A DNA stretch of 23,199 bases from positions 12,501-35,699 of the forward strand of contig CAZBPC010000021.1 in NCBI GenBank assembly GCA_964493715.1, written 5' to 3'. The DNA is from an uncultured archaeon (lineage in GTDB: Archaea > Asgardarchaeota > Lokiarchaeia > Sigyniarchaeales > SOKP01). Both the position numbers and the translations under genes were made by a program. The notes under the pieces were generated by a model. That model had not been told where the DNA came from. It saw nothing but the letters and a program-made list of their open reading frames with translations, and did no database searches. Shown in pieces: positions 1 through 7,917 of this stretch (the stretch's first letter is position 1; every line of letters starts with the position of its first letter).

Positions 1-20
1 AAAAAAAGAAATAAAAAGAA
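1..20 (-). terminator. T-rich tract downstream of hsp20 (candidate archaeal terminator)
   Basis: The - strand reads TTCTTTTTATTTCTTTTTTT, starting 11 nt after the hsp20 stop codon. Confidence 0.45.
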
Positions 21-31
21 ATTCTAAATAA

Positions 32-583
32 TTATTTAATCTCTATTTTCTTCTTTTCAGGTTTTGGTGGTGTGACTTTTGGAATTTTCACTGTTAAAAT
101 TCCCTTATCCAGATTTGCATCAATTTTATCTTTATCGATGTTCTCTGGTAAATTGAAAGCCCTATAATAACTGGATGAATGAAATTCTCTCCGAACTAAT
201 TGTCCTTCCTTTTCTTCTTTCGTTTCTTCTTTATGTTCACCTTTAATTTCCATTATATCATCCTTGATCGTGAGTTCGATATTACTTTTCTCTAAACCAG
301 GTAACTCAGCGCTAATTTCAAAATGATCTTTAAGATCTTTAATGTTTGCTAAGGGAGTTCTAAAGAGGGGTTCATTCTCCCTAACCATAAGATCAAATGG
401 TCTATAGCTCCTTCGACTAAATGGCCAGGAAATGTCCTCAAACATATCATCAAACATTCTATCCATCTGCTGGAATAATGAAAAGGGTTTCTCTCTTCTT
501 ATTGACAATTCTCTTGATTTCTTATCATCTTTATTTTCCTTATTTGAATTTTCTTTTTTCTTGACATCAATTTTTTCTGACAT
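32..583 (-). CDS. hsp20: Small heat-shock protein (Hsp20/alpha-crystallin family)
   Basis: The 183-aa protein has an alpha-crystallin domain (AELPGL..., F.RAFNLPE.ID...I.ANL.KGILTV.IPK) and a C-terminal IEI (IxI) motif. A strong SD (AAGGAGG) lies at 592-598 on the - strand. Confidence 0.96.
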   Translation of the reverse strand: MSEKIDVKKKENSNKENKDDKKSRELSIRREKPFSLFQQMDRMFDDMFEDISWPFSRRSYRPFDLMVRENEPLFRTPLANIKDLKDHFEISAELPGLEKSNIELTIKDDIMEIKGEHKEETKEEKEGQLVRREFHSSSYYRAFNLPENIDKDKIDANLDKGILTVKIPKVTPPKPEKKKIEIK

Positions 584-628
584 ACGTTACGCCTCCTTCT
601 TTATTTTTAATTTTTTGTTAAAGGTTTT

Positions 629-690
629 TTGTCAATTATTTATTGACAATATATGCATGTCAAATATAATATTTAAATGTTTTGATCAAT
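629..690 (-). promoter_or_regulatory. hsp20 promoter with inverted-repeat operator candidate
   Basis: A TATA-like TTTAAATA sits at 677-670 (-) with an A-rich upstream element. There is a perfect inverted repeat TTGTCAAT-N5-ATTGACAA (629-649) and an overlapping TTGACA-N9-TGTCAA (643-663). Confidence 0.55.
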
Positions 691-848
691 ATTCACTAGT
701 TTCTGGCGTAGAGTATCCTAATATTAATATCCCTTATTTTTTTTTGTTATTAATGAAATTTAAATTTACATTAATGATCAATATTTTCAAGAATTTAAGA
801 ACTCAAGATTTAAATTTAAAAGAAAAAATAAAAAAATATGAAATTTTC

Positions 849-1598
849 TTATTTCCCAATTCTTTTTAAGACCCATTTTGGCATTACTAAAGAGATATAA
901 CTAAAGACAAAGAAGAGTATTGCAAAAATCCATGCTATGTATACAAATTCTGAATATCCTGGGTGATGAAATAATGAAATCATTAATGTATCTCCAATGA
1001 ACATTAAAAAGAAGAGTATCATGCTTATCATTGCATAAAATAAAAACTTCAAGCCGAGTTTAATAGTAGTATCTTGGGTAGCCCTTGCTGCTTTTAAGCT
1101 TATTCGCGCAATAAGAATGTAAATAATATAGGAATATATAACTAATGATAAAGTTGAATACAAGCGAATGCTGAGTTCTCCAGCATAATCTTCTTGTGGA
1201 ATTCCCCACCAATTCCAAGGTAAAAACAACATAATAAATATTACTATTCCCAAGATGATTATTGGAATAAAACCTTTCTTTCCTTTATTCACTAATTCAA
1301 TAATAAATTTAAATAGAAAGATGTCTGCAATGATTACCATTCCATATGAAAAGGGAAGTGAAAAACGGTACACTTCCATATAATATCCAGTGATTACGGC
1401 TTCAGCTAACCCGATAGTAAGCATTAGTAGTGCTATAGTTAAAAATAAAAATACAATCGAAAGGTACAGAGGGGGATTTACTTTACGGTCTCGCCATTTA
1501 TTATACATCTTAAGTGTCATGTAAATGCCAAGAACTGAGAGGGCAATATAATAAAAAAATAGAGGTAATACACGAAGTTCAAAAGGTGTGTAAGTCAT
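849..1598 (-). CDS. Polytopic membrane protein, about 7 TM helices, unknown function
   Basis: The 249-aa ORF has seven hydrophobic segments and ends in MPKW-basic. A TATA-like TTTATATA at 1627-1620 (-) lies about 22 nt before the ATG, suggesting a leaderless transcript. Confidence 0.8.
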   Translation of the reverse strand: MTYTPFELRVLPLFFYYIALSVLGIYMTLKMYNKWRDRKVNPPLYLSIVFLFLTIALLMLTIGLAEAVITGYYMEVYRFSLPFSYGMVIIADIFLFKFIIELVNKGKKGFIPIIILGIVIFIMLFLPWNWWGIPQEDYAGELSIRLYSTLSLVIYSYIIYILIARISLKAARATQDTTIKLGLKFLFYAMISMILFFLMFIGDTLMISLFHHPGYSEFVYIAWIFAILFFVFSYISLVMPKWVLKRIGK

Positions 1599-1800
1599 AA
1601 CCTAAGGTAAGGGACTTGATATATAAATTTTTGTAAGGAATTATAAATTAATATAATCATTCTATTTTTGTTTTATATCAGAAATCATCAAATCATACAT
1701 TTGATATTCTCAATAATTAATAGTGTGTTTTATGTGATACTCTTTTTAAATCATTCTTATTTCTTAACACAAATCGATAAAAAAAATTGTTGAATTTCAC

Positions 1801-2907
1801 ATGAAGGAATTTGATATTGTTGTCGTTGGAGCTGGGCCAGGAGGTTCGATAGCAGCAAAGGTTGCTGCTGAGAATGGATATTCCACATGCCTTATTGAAA
1901 AAGAATCACTCGCAAACAATGGAAGATATAAAGCTTGTGGGGGCGCAATGGCTTGGGAGTTAGTTGAAGAAATTGACTATCCTGAAGATAAAATTGGTCG
2001 AGTTATCGAATCTCTGGAACTTCATCATGTTGATGGTGAAGAATTTTCAAAGAAAGGTAAAGGTGCAGTTGTGTGGAGAAATGTATTTGATAAATTCTTA
2101 ACTGACTTAGCAACTGAAAGTGGTGCTATGTTAAAAGATAATGAGAAGATTATTAAAATAAAAAAATCTGAAAAGGGATATATTGTTTCAACCCAGAAAG
2201 ATGAATACAATGCTAAATACGTAATTGCCGCTGATGGTGTTTCCTCTTCGACTCTAAAACTTTTAAGATGGCCTTTTTTTAAGAGTCAAGATGTAATTTT
2301 AACGATTACTAAAGAAATGGTTACTACTAAATCTTATATTGATAAAATTCTTGGAAACGATACTGTTCACCTATTTTTCGGGATCAAGGACTTAATACCG
2401 GTAGGTTATGCGTGGTTATTTCCAAAAAACAGTAAAATCACTGCTGGTTGGGGTAACCAAATTGATTTGGTTAAGAATTCAAGAACAGAATTTGAAAAAT
2501 TTTGGACGCTCCCCTTCGTAAAGGAAGCATTGAAAAATTCTAAAATGGAAATTTTCAAGCCTCATCTGATTCCTGTAGGACTTAGACCGAAGCTTTATGA
2601 TGAAAATGTGTTTGCTGTGGGCGATGCAGGTGGAATGGTTGATCCCATAAGTGGAAAAGGAATACCGTATGCCATGATGTCAGGTCAGATTGCTATCGAA
2701 ACGATAAAATCTTGCGAGAAAAGGGATAGACTAGATAAGTTAGGAACTACGTACGAAAAATCTTTGGATCGGAGATTCCTCACGGTATTAAAGGCAAAGA
2801 GAATATTGAGAGATAAAATTTTCATTAATGATGAGAATCTCAAGAATTTTTTAAAATTGTGGGAAAAACATCGCGCTTCCGAAATTGTAATGAAAAAGTT
2901 GCTATAA
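1801..2907 (+). CDS. Geranylgeranyl reductase family FAD-dependent oxidoreductase
   Basis: Motifs GAGPGG (FAD), KACGG, R..FD.FL, IAADG, GYAWLFP and VGDAGGMVDPISGKGI are present. The gene is adjacent to a prenyl synthase. Confidence 0.9.
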   Translation: MKEFDIVVVGAGPGGSIAAKVAAENGYSTCLIEKESLANNGRYKACGGAMAWELVEEIDYPEDKIGRVIESLELHHVDGEEFSKKGKGAVVWRNVFDKFLTDLATESGAMLKDNEKIIKIKKSEKGYIVSTQKDEYNAKYVIAADGVSSSTLKLLRWPFFKSQDVILTITKEMVTTKSYIDKILGNDTVHLFFGIKDLIPVGYAWLFPKNSKITAGWGNQIDLVKNSRTEFEKFWTLPFVKEALKNSKMEIFKPHLIPVGLRPKLYDENVFAVGDAGGMVDPISGKGIPYAMMSGQIAIETIKSCEKRDRLDKLGTTYEKSLDRRFLTVLKAKRILRDKIFINDENLKNFLKLWEKHRASEIVMKKLL

Positions 2908-2923
2908 ATAAGGTGTATTATAA

Positions 2924-3991
2924 ATGAAATTTACAGAATATGCAAAAACATATATTCCAAACATTAACAATACAATCGGGATGATTCTTGATAAGAAATT
3001 GCAAAATATCAATATTACATTTTTAAAAACATACTATGAAGAAATAAAAACATATCTTTTAGTAGGAGGAAAGCGAATTCGCCCTTTACTATGTATTGCT
3101 GCTTATAACGCATTTAGCAATGAAAGAGATGATAAAATCATAACTCCAAGTGTAGGAGTGGAATTCCTTCATAATGCTTCTTTAGTACATGACGATATTA
3201 TTGATAAGGATAATTTTAGGCGAGGAAATCCTGCTTTTCATTATAGATTTCAACTGTATCATAATAATTATAGCCTAAAAAAAATGAATCAATCTGATTT
3301 TGGCAATTCGATTGGAATTATCGGTGGGGACACTATATTTTTCTTGGGGTTGGAACCGTTTTTGTTTAATAATTTTGATAGGAATTTAAATTTAGGAGCG
3401 ATCAAATATTATGAGCAAGCTTTCATAGATATTGCTGATGGAGTATTGATTGAAACAGACATGGTTAATCGAAAGAATCTTCAAATGAAAGATTATATTG
3501 AAATGATTTCATTAAAAACGGGAGCATTGTTAGAAAAATCGATTTTAATAGGTGCGAATTATGCTAATACTGATGATGATTACTATCCGATTCTCTCTAC
3601 GCTTGGAATTAACTTGGGGATCATTTTCCAAATAATTGATGATATTTTAGGAACATTTGGAGACGAAAAAGTAACTGGGAAACCTACAGACGGAGATATT
3701 CGCGAAGGTAAAAGAACGTGCTTATTAATTGAAGCCATGAACAGTTTAGATGTAAAAAAGAGAGATCAATTAGTCAATTTAATTTCGAATTCAAGGATAA
3801 CTGATGAAAATGTTGAAGAAGTAAAAAATTTATTCATGGAAGCAGATGTAATTAATTCTTGTAAAAAACTCGCTACTGATTATTACCAAGAAGTAGTACA
3901 TGCACTTGAGAAGTTGACACCAGTTATACACGATTCTGAGAAAGAATTTTTTGAAAATTTACTAAAATTTGTATTAGAAAGAAAATTCTAA
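2924..3991 (+). CDS. Trans-polyprenyl diphosphate synthase (GGPP synthase-like, IdsA family)
   Basis: Motifs GGKRIRP, first Asp-rich HDDIIDKDNFRRG, KTG, second Asp-rich FQIIDDILG and GKPTDGDIREGKRT are present. SD AGGTG is at 2911-2915. Confidence 0.93.
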   Translation: MKFTEYAKTYIPNINNTIGMILDKKLQNINITFLKTYYEEIKTYLLVGGKRIRPLLCIAAYNAFSNERDDKIITPSVGVEFLHNASLVHDDIIDKDNFRRGNPAFHYRFQLYHNNYSLKKMNQSDFGNSIGIIGGDTIFFLGLEPFLFNNFDRNLNLGAIKYYEQAFIDIADGVLIETDMVNRKNLQMKDYIEMISLKTGALLEKSILIGANYANTDDDYYPILSTLGINLGIIFQIIDDILGTFGDEKVTGKPTDGDIREGKRTCLLIEAMNSLDVKKRDQLVNLISNSRITDENVEEVKNLFMEADVINSCKKLATDYYQEVVHALEKLTPVIHDSEKEFFENLLKFVLERKF

Positions 3992-4026
3992 AATCCATGA
4001 ATAATCTTTATTTATGGTGAACATAT

Positions 4027-4578
4027 ATGGTGCTTGTTGCTATTACTGGTGCTAGTGGTGTGGATTTAGCTGTAATATTACTGCAGCAATTGAAGAAAAA
4101 TGGATTAGAAACAGAATTAATCATCTCCAAAATGGCTGAAAAAATCGTTGACATTGAAACAGATTACAAGGTAAGTCAAATAATCGAATTATCAGATAAA
4201 TCTTACGATGTTGACGATTTGGCGGCAGGTCCTGCAAGTGGTTCTTATAAAAATAACATCATGATAATAATTCCGTGCTCAATGAAAACTTTAGCGGCAA
4301 TCGCTAACGGATATGCTGATAATTTGATTACTAGAGCCGCTGATGTTGTCATCAAAGAACGAAGAAAACTTATTCTAGTTGTAAGAGAAAGTCCTTTTAG
4401 TGCAATTCATTTGGAAAATATGCTGAAACTCTCACGATTGGGCGTTATTATTGCCCCACCCATTCCATCGTATTATATAAAACCCAAAAGCATCAAAGAG
4501 CTGAATGAATATTTTATAGGTAGAATTCTTGATCATATTGGTATCGACAGTGGGATAAAAAGATGGGGGAATAAGTAA
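4027..4578 (+). CDS. ubiX: Flavin prenyltransferase UbiX (makes prFMN for the UbiD-family decarboxylase)
   Basis: Motifs AITGASG, ASGS, PCSMKTLAAIANG, RAADV..KERRKL.LV.RESP and P.PSYY.KP are present. SD GGTGA is at 4016-4020. Confidence 0.95.
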   Translation: MVLVAITGASGVDLAVILLQQLKKNGLETELIISKMAEKIVDIETDYKVSQIIELSDKSYDVDDLAAGPASGSYKNNIMIIIPCSMKTLAAIANGYADNLITRAADVVIKERRKLILVVRESPFSAIHLENMLKLSRLGVIIAPPIPSYYIKPKSIKELNEYFIGRILDHIGIDSGIKRWGNK

Positions 4579-4602
4579 AAGAATCGAAATTAGAAAAAGA
4601 AT

Positions 4603-5730
4603 TTATTTTTGATTTAACCAGAAGTATAAATCGCCAATAATAACGTATTTATCTCGTTTGTTTTTTAATTCATTTAAATTTCTTAAATTCATTAACCATA
4701 AACTCGAGCGCAATTCATTTTTCAAGGTTCTTATTTCTCTTATTGTATTTGATATCGTGTTGTTTTTTCTGTCTTGCCATGCAGATTTTAAGAATTTATA
4801 AGCAAATCCACCAATATCAGCACCTAAGGCAATGGATTTTGCGATATCAATGCCAGTTTTCAATCCTCCTGTTCCAATAATTAATTTTTGAGAAACAGAT
4901 CGAACATTAATAATACTAACAGGTGTAGGAATACCCCATTCCCTAAACACATCAGCAGGATTACGAGAATAATTATCATTATCGAAATTATTACGTTTTG
5001 ACTCTATGGCTGCGAAACTCGTACCACCCGTACCTCCCACGTCAAATCCATCAAACCCTAGCTCATCAAGCATTAAAGCAAGTTCTTGGTTTAGTCCAGT
5101 GCCCACTTCTTTTGCAAGAAGAGGAATATCAGTACTTTCTCTAATCTTCTTAAAATTTTGTCTAAAATTTCTATAGGAGATGTTTCCCTTATATTGAACA
5201 AGTTCGTGCAAAGCATTTAAGTGAATCGCCATAATATCTGCATTTACCATATCAATACACTTGGTTAAATCTTCTTCCTTAAATAAAGTGGAACTTACTT
5301 GACCTAATCCGAGATTTCCGATAACCGGAATGGTAGGAGCGTGCTTGCGTACGATCTTAAAAGAATCAATAGTTGATGGATCCTCTAATCCAATTCGTTG
5401 ACTTCCAACACTCATGATAATATTTTCTTCTTCAGCAGCCTTGGCGAGGATTTCATTAATTTCCTTTGAAACAGGGTGACCTCCCGTTAAAGCTGAAATG
5501 CAAATAGGAGCCGAGATTTTCTTGTCGAAGCAGGTGAATGTGAGATCAATTTCTTCCAGATCAATCTCAGGAATCGCATGATGAATTAATTTTATATTGT
5601 CAAAATAATTAACGGAGTGTTGTACATCATATTCAAGAGGAATTCTTAGATGTTCCTCTTTTCTATTAAATATTTCTTTAGTTTTTTCAGGTTCAGGCAT
5701 ATTCTCTTTTTCCAATTTGCTACTAGTCAT
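4603..5730 (-). CDS. fni: Type 2 isopentenyl-diphosphate delta-isomerase (FMN-dependent)
   Basis: Motifs RKEEH, LTGG, VGSQR, HLNALHELVQ..G, KEVGTG, GGTGGTSFAAIE, WGIPT and GGLKTGIDIAKSIALGA are present. The start could instead be the ATG at 5700. Confidence 0.95.
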   Translation of the reverse strand: MTSSKLEKENMPEPEKTKEIFNRKEEHLRIPLEYDVQHSVNYFDNIKLIHHAIPEIDLEEIDLTFTCFDKKISAPICISALTGGHPVSKEINEILAKAAEEENIIMSVGSQRIGLEDPSTIDSFKIVRKHAPTIPVIGNLGLGQVSSTLFKEEDLTKCIDMVNADIMAIHLNALHELVQYKGNISYRNFRQNFKKIRESTDIPLLAKEVGTGLNQELALMLDELGFDGFDVGGTGGTSFAAIESKRNNFDNDNYSRNPADVFREWGIPTPVSIINVRSVSQKLIIGTGGLKTGIDIAKSIALGADIGGFAYKFLKSAWQDRKNNTISNTIREIRTLKNELRSSLWLMNLRNLNELKNKRDKYVIIGDLYFWLNQK

Positions 5731-5732
5731 TA

Positions 5733-6548
5733 TTATTCATTAATTAATATATTTGTACAATTTATTTTTTGATTCTTTAATGATTTAAAGATATTTCCTT
5801 CAATCAAACCATTTATTAATTGAACTGGAATTTTATTTTTACATATTTCTTTTATATGAGTAAGTTTACTATTTATACCACCAGTTACGTCTATTTTTTG
5901 ACCGAGATCTGCTAAAATTAAATCATCAAGCTCGTTAGAATAGCAATCAGTAAGTAAAGCAGGTTTTTTACCCTTTGACTCATCAATTTTAAATAATCCA
6001 TCTGATTCCATTGCAAAAACTACTTTAGAAACACTATAACTTTTAAGAGATTCACATAATTTTAGAATTATCTCATCTCCTGAAAGTATAGTAAATGATC
6101 CGCTTTTATCAAGCATGATATCACCATATAAAACAGGCATGATTTTAAGGTCTAATGCAGTTTCAAGAACATCTAAAGTTTCCAATGAAATTTTATTTGA
6201 TTTCTCAATAAAAATACTTGAAGTTTGAATCGAAAGAACAGGATAATTTCTTTCTAAAAATTGTTCAATTACATATGAGTTGAATTTGATCATTGAATGA
6301 TGAGTTTTAGCTACTCCAAGAATTTGATCTGGAATGGATTCATCAAATCCATCGGATATGCTATATTCCTTTGCTAAAGGATGACCAAATGACCCCCCAC
6401 CGTGAAGAAGAATGATCTTTTCATTAGCATCAATTATTTGTTTAACTGCACTGCTAATAACATCTTCTCGTATAGAATTGGGTTTATTTTTATCAGTGAG
6501 TAACCCTCCTCCCAACTTTAAAAGAATTACGCTATAATTTGTTCTCAA
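5733..6548 (-). CDS. ipk: Isopentenyl phosphate kinase (amino-acid kinase family)
   Basis: Motifs KLGGGLLTDK, HGGGSFGH, PVLYGD, SGD and DVTGG are present. It has a TTG start and lies in the MVA operon. Confidence 0.93.
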   Translation of the reverse strand: MRTNYSVILLKLGGGLLTDKNKPNSIREDVISSAVKQIIDANEKIILLHGGGSFGHPLAKEYSISDGFDESIPDQILGVAKTHHSMIKFNSYVIEQFLERNYPVLSIQTSSIFIEKSNKISLETLDVLETALDLKIMPVLYGDIMLDKSGSFTILSGDEIILKLCESLKSYSVSKVVFAMESDGLFKIDESKGKKPALLTDCYSNELDDLILADLGQKIDVTGGINSKLTHIKEICKNKIPVQLINGLIEGNIFKSLKNQKINCTNILINE

Positions 6549-6561
6549 TTTTGATTTACAC

Positions 6562-7527
6562 TCATCCTATCATAGTTTTCCAGGTTTCATACCCTTCCAT
6601 TTCAATAGCATTGGAGATATCATCTTGAATTTCTTCCGTTCTGGCTAAAGCAATGACTAAACCTCCTCGTCCAGTCCCTGTCAACTTAGCTCCAAGTGCT
6701 CCATTATTTAAAGCAATTTCTACTAACTTATCGTTAATTTTATTTGAGACAGTAATATCTTGAAGTAATTTGTGATTTTGGTTCATTAATTTACCAATAG
6801 TTACATCATCGCTCTTTAGAAATGCTTCTTTCGCTCTTATTGATATGTTTTTATAATCAGTAAATATTTTTTCAAATTTTTCTGGATAATCTTTTTTTAA
6901 TTTACGCACATCGGCAACAACTTCTGTAGTGGAAGCTGTTATTCCTGAATTAGCAATTACTAAAGGCATCTTTTTTGGTGATTGAAGTACTTCCATAATA
7001 TTTTTCCCCCCATTTAGATTTTTAACGAACCAAATCAATCCACCATAAGTGGAAGCGGTATTATCAATTCCTGATGGCGTTCCATGATATGCTTTTTCAC
7101 CTTCGTAGGCAGCTTCGTTAATTTTTTCATCATCTAATCTTAAATTAAAACTAATATTTATTGCACGGGCTAGAGAAGTAGCTTGTGCAGCAGAAGCACC
7201 GACACCACTAGCGGCAACCAAATCTCCAGAAAAAGTTATTTCAAGTTTCTGGTGTTTAACATCTATATTCATGTGTTCAATAACATTTTTAATGGATTGC
7301 ATTGCCTCATCGTATTTTTTCTCTTTATAACCGGGAGTGGCAAGACGTTGATCGATAACATCCCAGCCTTTTCCATCAACCACTTTAACTTCAGCTGTAG
7401 TATAAGAACCTAATGCTGAGGCAATAGCAGGAAGACCATAAACGACAAAATGATAGCGTTTATTCCGAATTTGGAATTAAATTTCGCCAAATAGTATAGT
7501 CTTTCCGAATCCTTTTCCAATTCCCAT
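6562..7527 (-). CDS. mvk: Mevalonate kinase (GHMP family), two exons: 7527-7483 and 7452-6562; about 311 aa after splicing
   Basis: The ATG at 7527 directly follows the upstream TAA and has SD GAGGTGA (7539-7533). Exon 1 reads MGIGKGFGKTILFGE and exon 2 reads HFVVYGLPAIA..., giving the MVK motif GK.ILFGEH.VVYG. Downstream motifs are SGVGASAA, HGTPSGIDN and GAKLTGTGRGG. The 273-aa ORF in the track lacks this N-terminus. Confidence 0.93.
7453..7482 (-). other. Putative 30-nt bulge-helix-bulge (BHB) intron in mvk mRNA
   Basis: The sequence ATTTAATTCCAAATTCGGAATAAACGCTAT has an in-frame TAA (7479-7477). A 4-bp helix GGCG/CGCU is flanked by 3-nt bulges AA^A and AU^C. An internal hairpin (UUUA-A-UUCC/GGAA-UAAA) is present. 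Removal gives GAA|CAT (Glu-His). Confidence 0.85.
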
Positions 7528-7917
7528 TTATTTCACCTCTACAATCCCTTCAGAGCCATTAACAATTAATATTTGTCCTGTTTTAATACTATCAATATCA
7601 ATCTTATCCACGCATGGAATTTCACTGATTATACAACCGACAGCAATGATTGTATCGATTTCTTTATTTACAATTGCTATTGGAGCGGTACTATTTTTCT
7701 TCATTCGATACATGGTGTATGAACCTACGGTTGATCCTTTACCAGTAGGGAAGACTAAAACTTTTCCTGTTATAGACTGACCTTCAAGCTCGTGTCCAAC
7801 CTCAACCACTTTACCTGTATCTGGATCTACACCTCCATAAAATGAAATTCCATCATTAGTTACTATAGCTTGTCCTTCAATTGTTCCTTTATATATCTTT
7901 CTTCCCATTAACTTCAT
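7528..7917 (-). CDS. Phosphomevalonate dehydratase small subunit (aconitase X swiveling domain, DUF126)
   Basis: Motifs ISFYGGVDP.TG, H.L.GQSITGKVLVFP.GKGSTVGSY and GCIISEIP are present. It overlaps the large-subunit stop (ATGA) and has SD AGGAGG at 7930-7925. Confidence 0.92.
   Translation of the reverse strand: MKLMGRKIYKGTIEGQAIVTNDGISFYGGVDPDTGKVVEVGHELEGQSITGKVLVFPTGKGSTVGSYTMYRMKKNSTAPIAIVNKEIDTIIAVGCIISEIPCVDKIDIDSIKTGQILIVNGSEGIVEVK

Noticed and set aside
643-663. CIRCE element or bacterial -35 box (TTGACA) upstream of hsp20
   Set aside because: The arms do not match TTAGCACTC, and the context is archaeal (TATA-based promoter). The site is kept only as an unknown operator candidate.
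432-869. 145-aa + strand ORF
   Set aside because: It is antisense to hsp20 and runs through AT-rich intergenic DNA. Its F/L/I/N/S-biased composition is typical of a spurious ORF.
6562-7383. 273-aa GTG-start ORF as the complete mevalonate kinase
   Set aside because: It lacks the essential N-terminal GK.ILFGEH.VVYG motif. That motif is encoded upstream in the same frame behind a strong SD at 7539-7533.
7453-7482. mvk as a pseudogene, mini-transposon footprint, frameshift or stop read-through
   Set aside because: There is no target-site duplication and no other lesion in the gene or pathway. The insert is a multiple of 3, so it is not a frameshift. TAA is not a Sec/Pyl codon, and read-through would put 10 residues inside the GEH motif. 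The BHB geometry matches the junctions exactly. A pseudogene cannot be formally excluded without RNA data.
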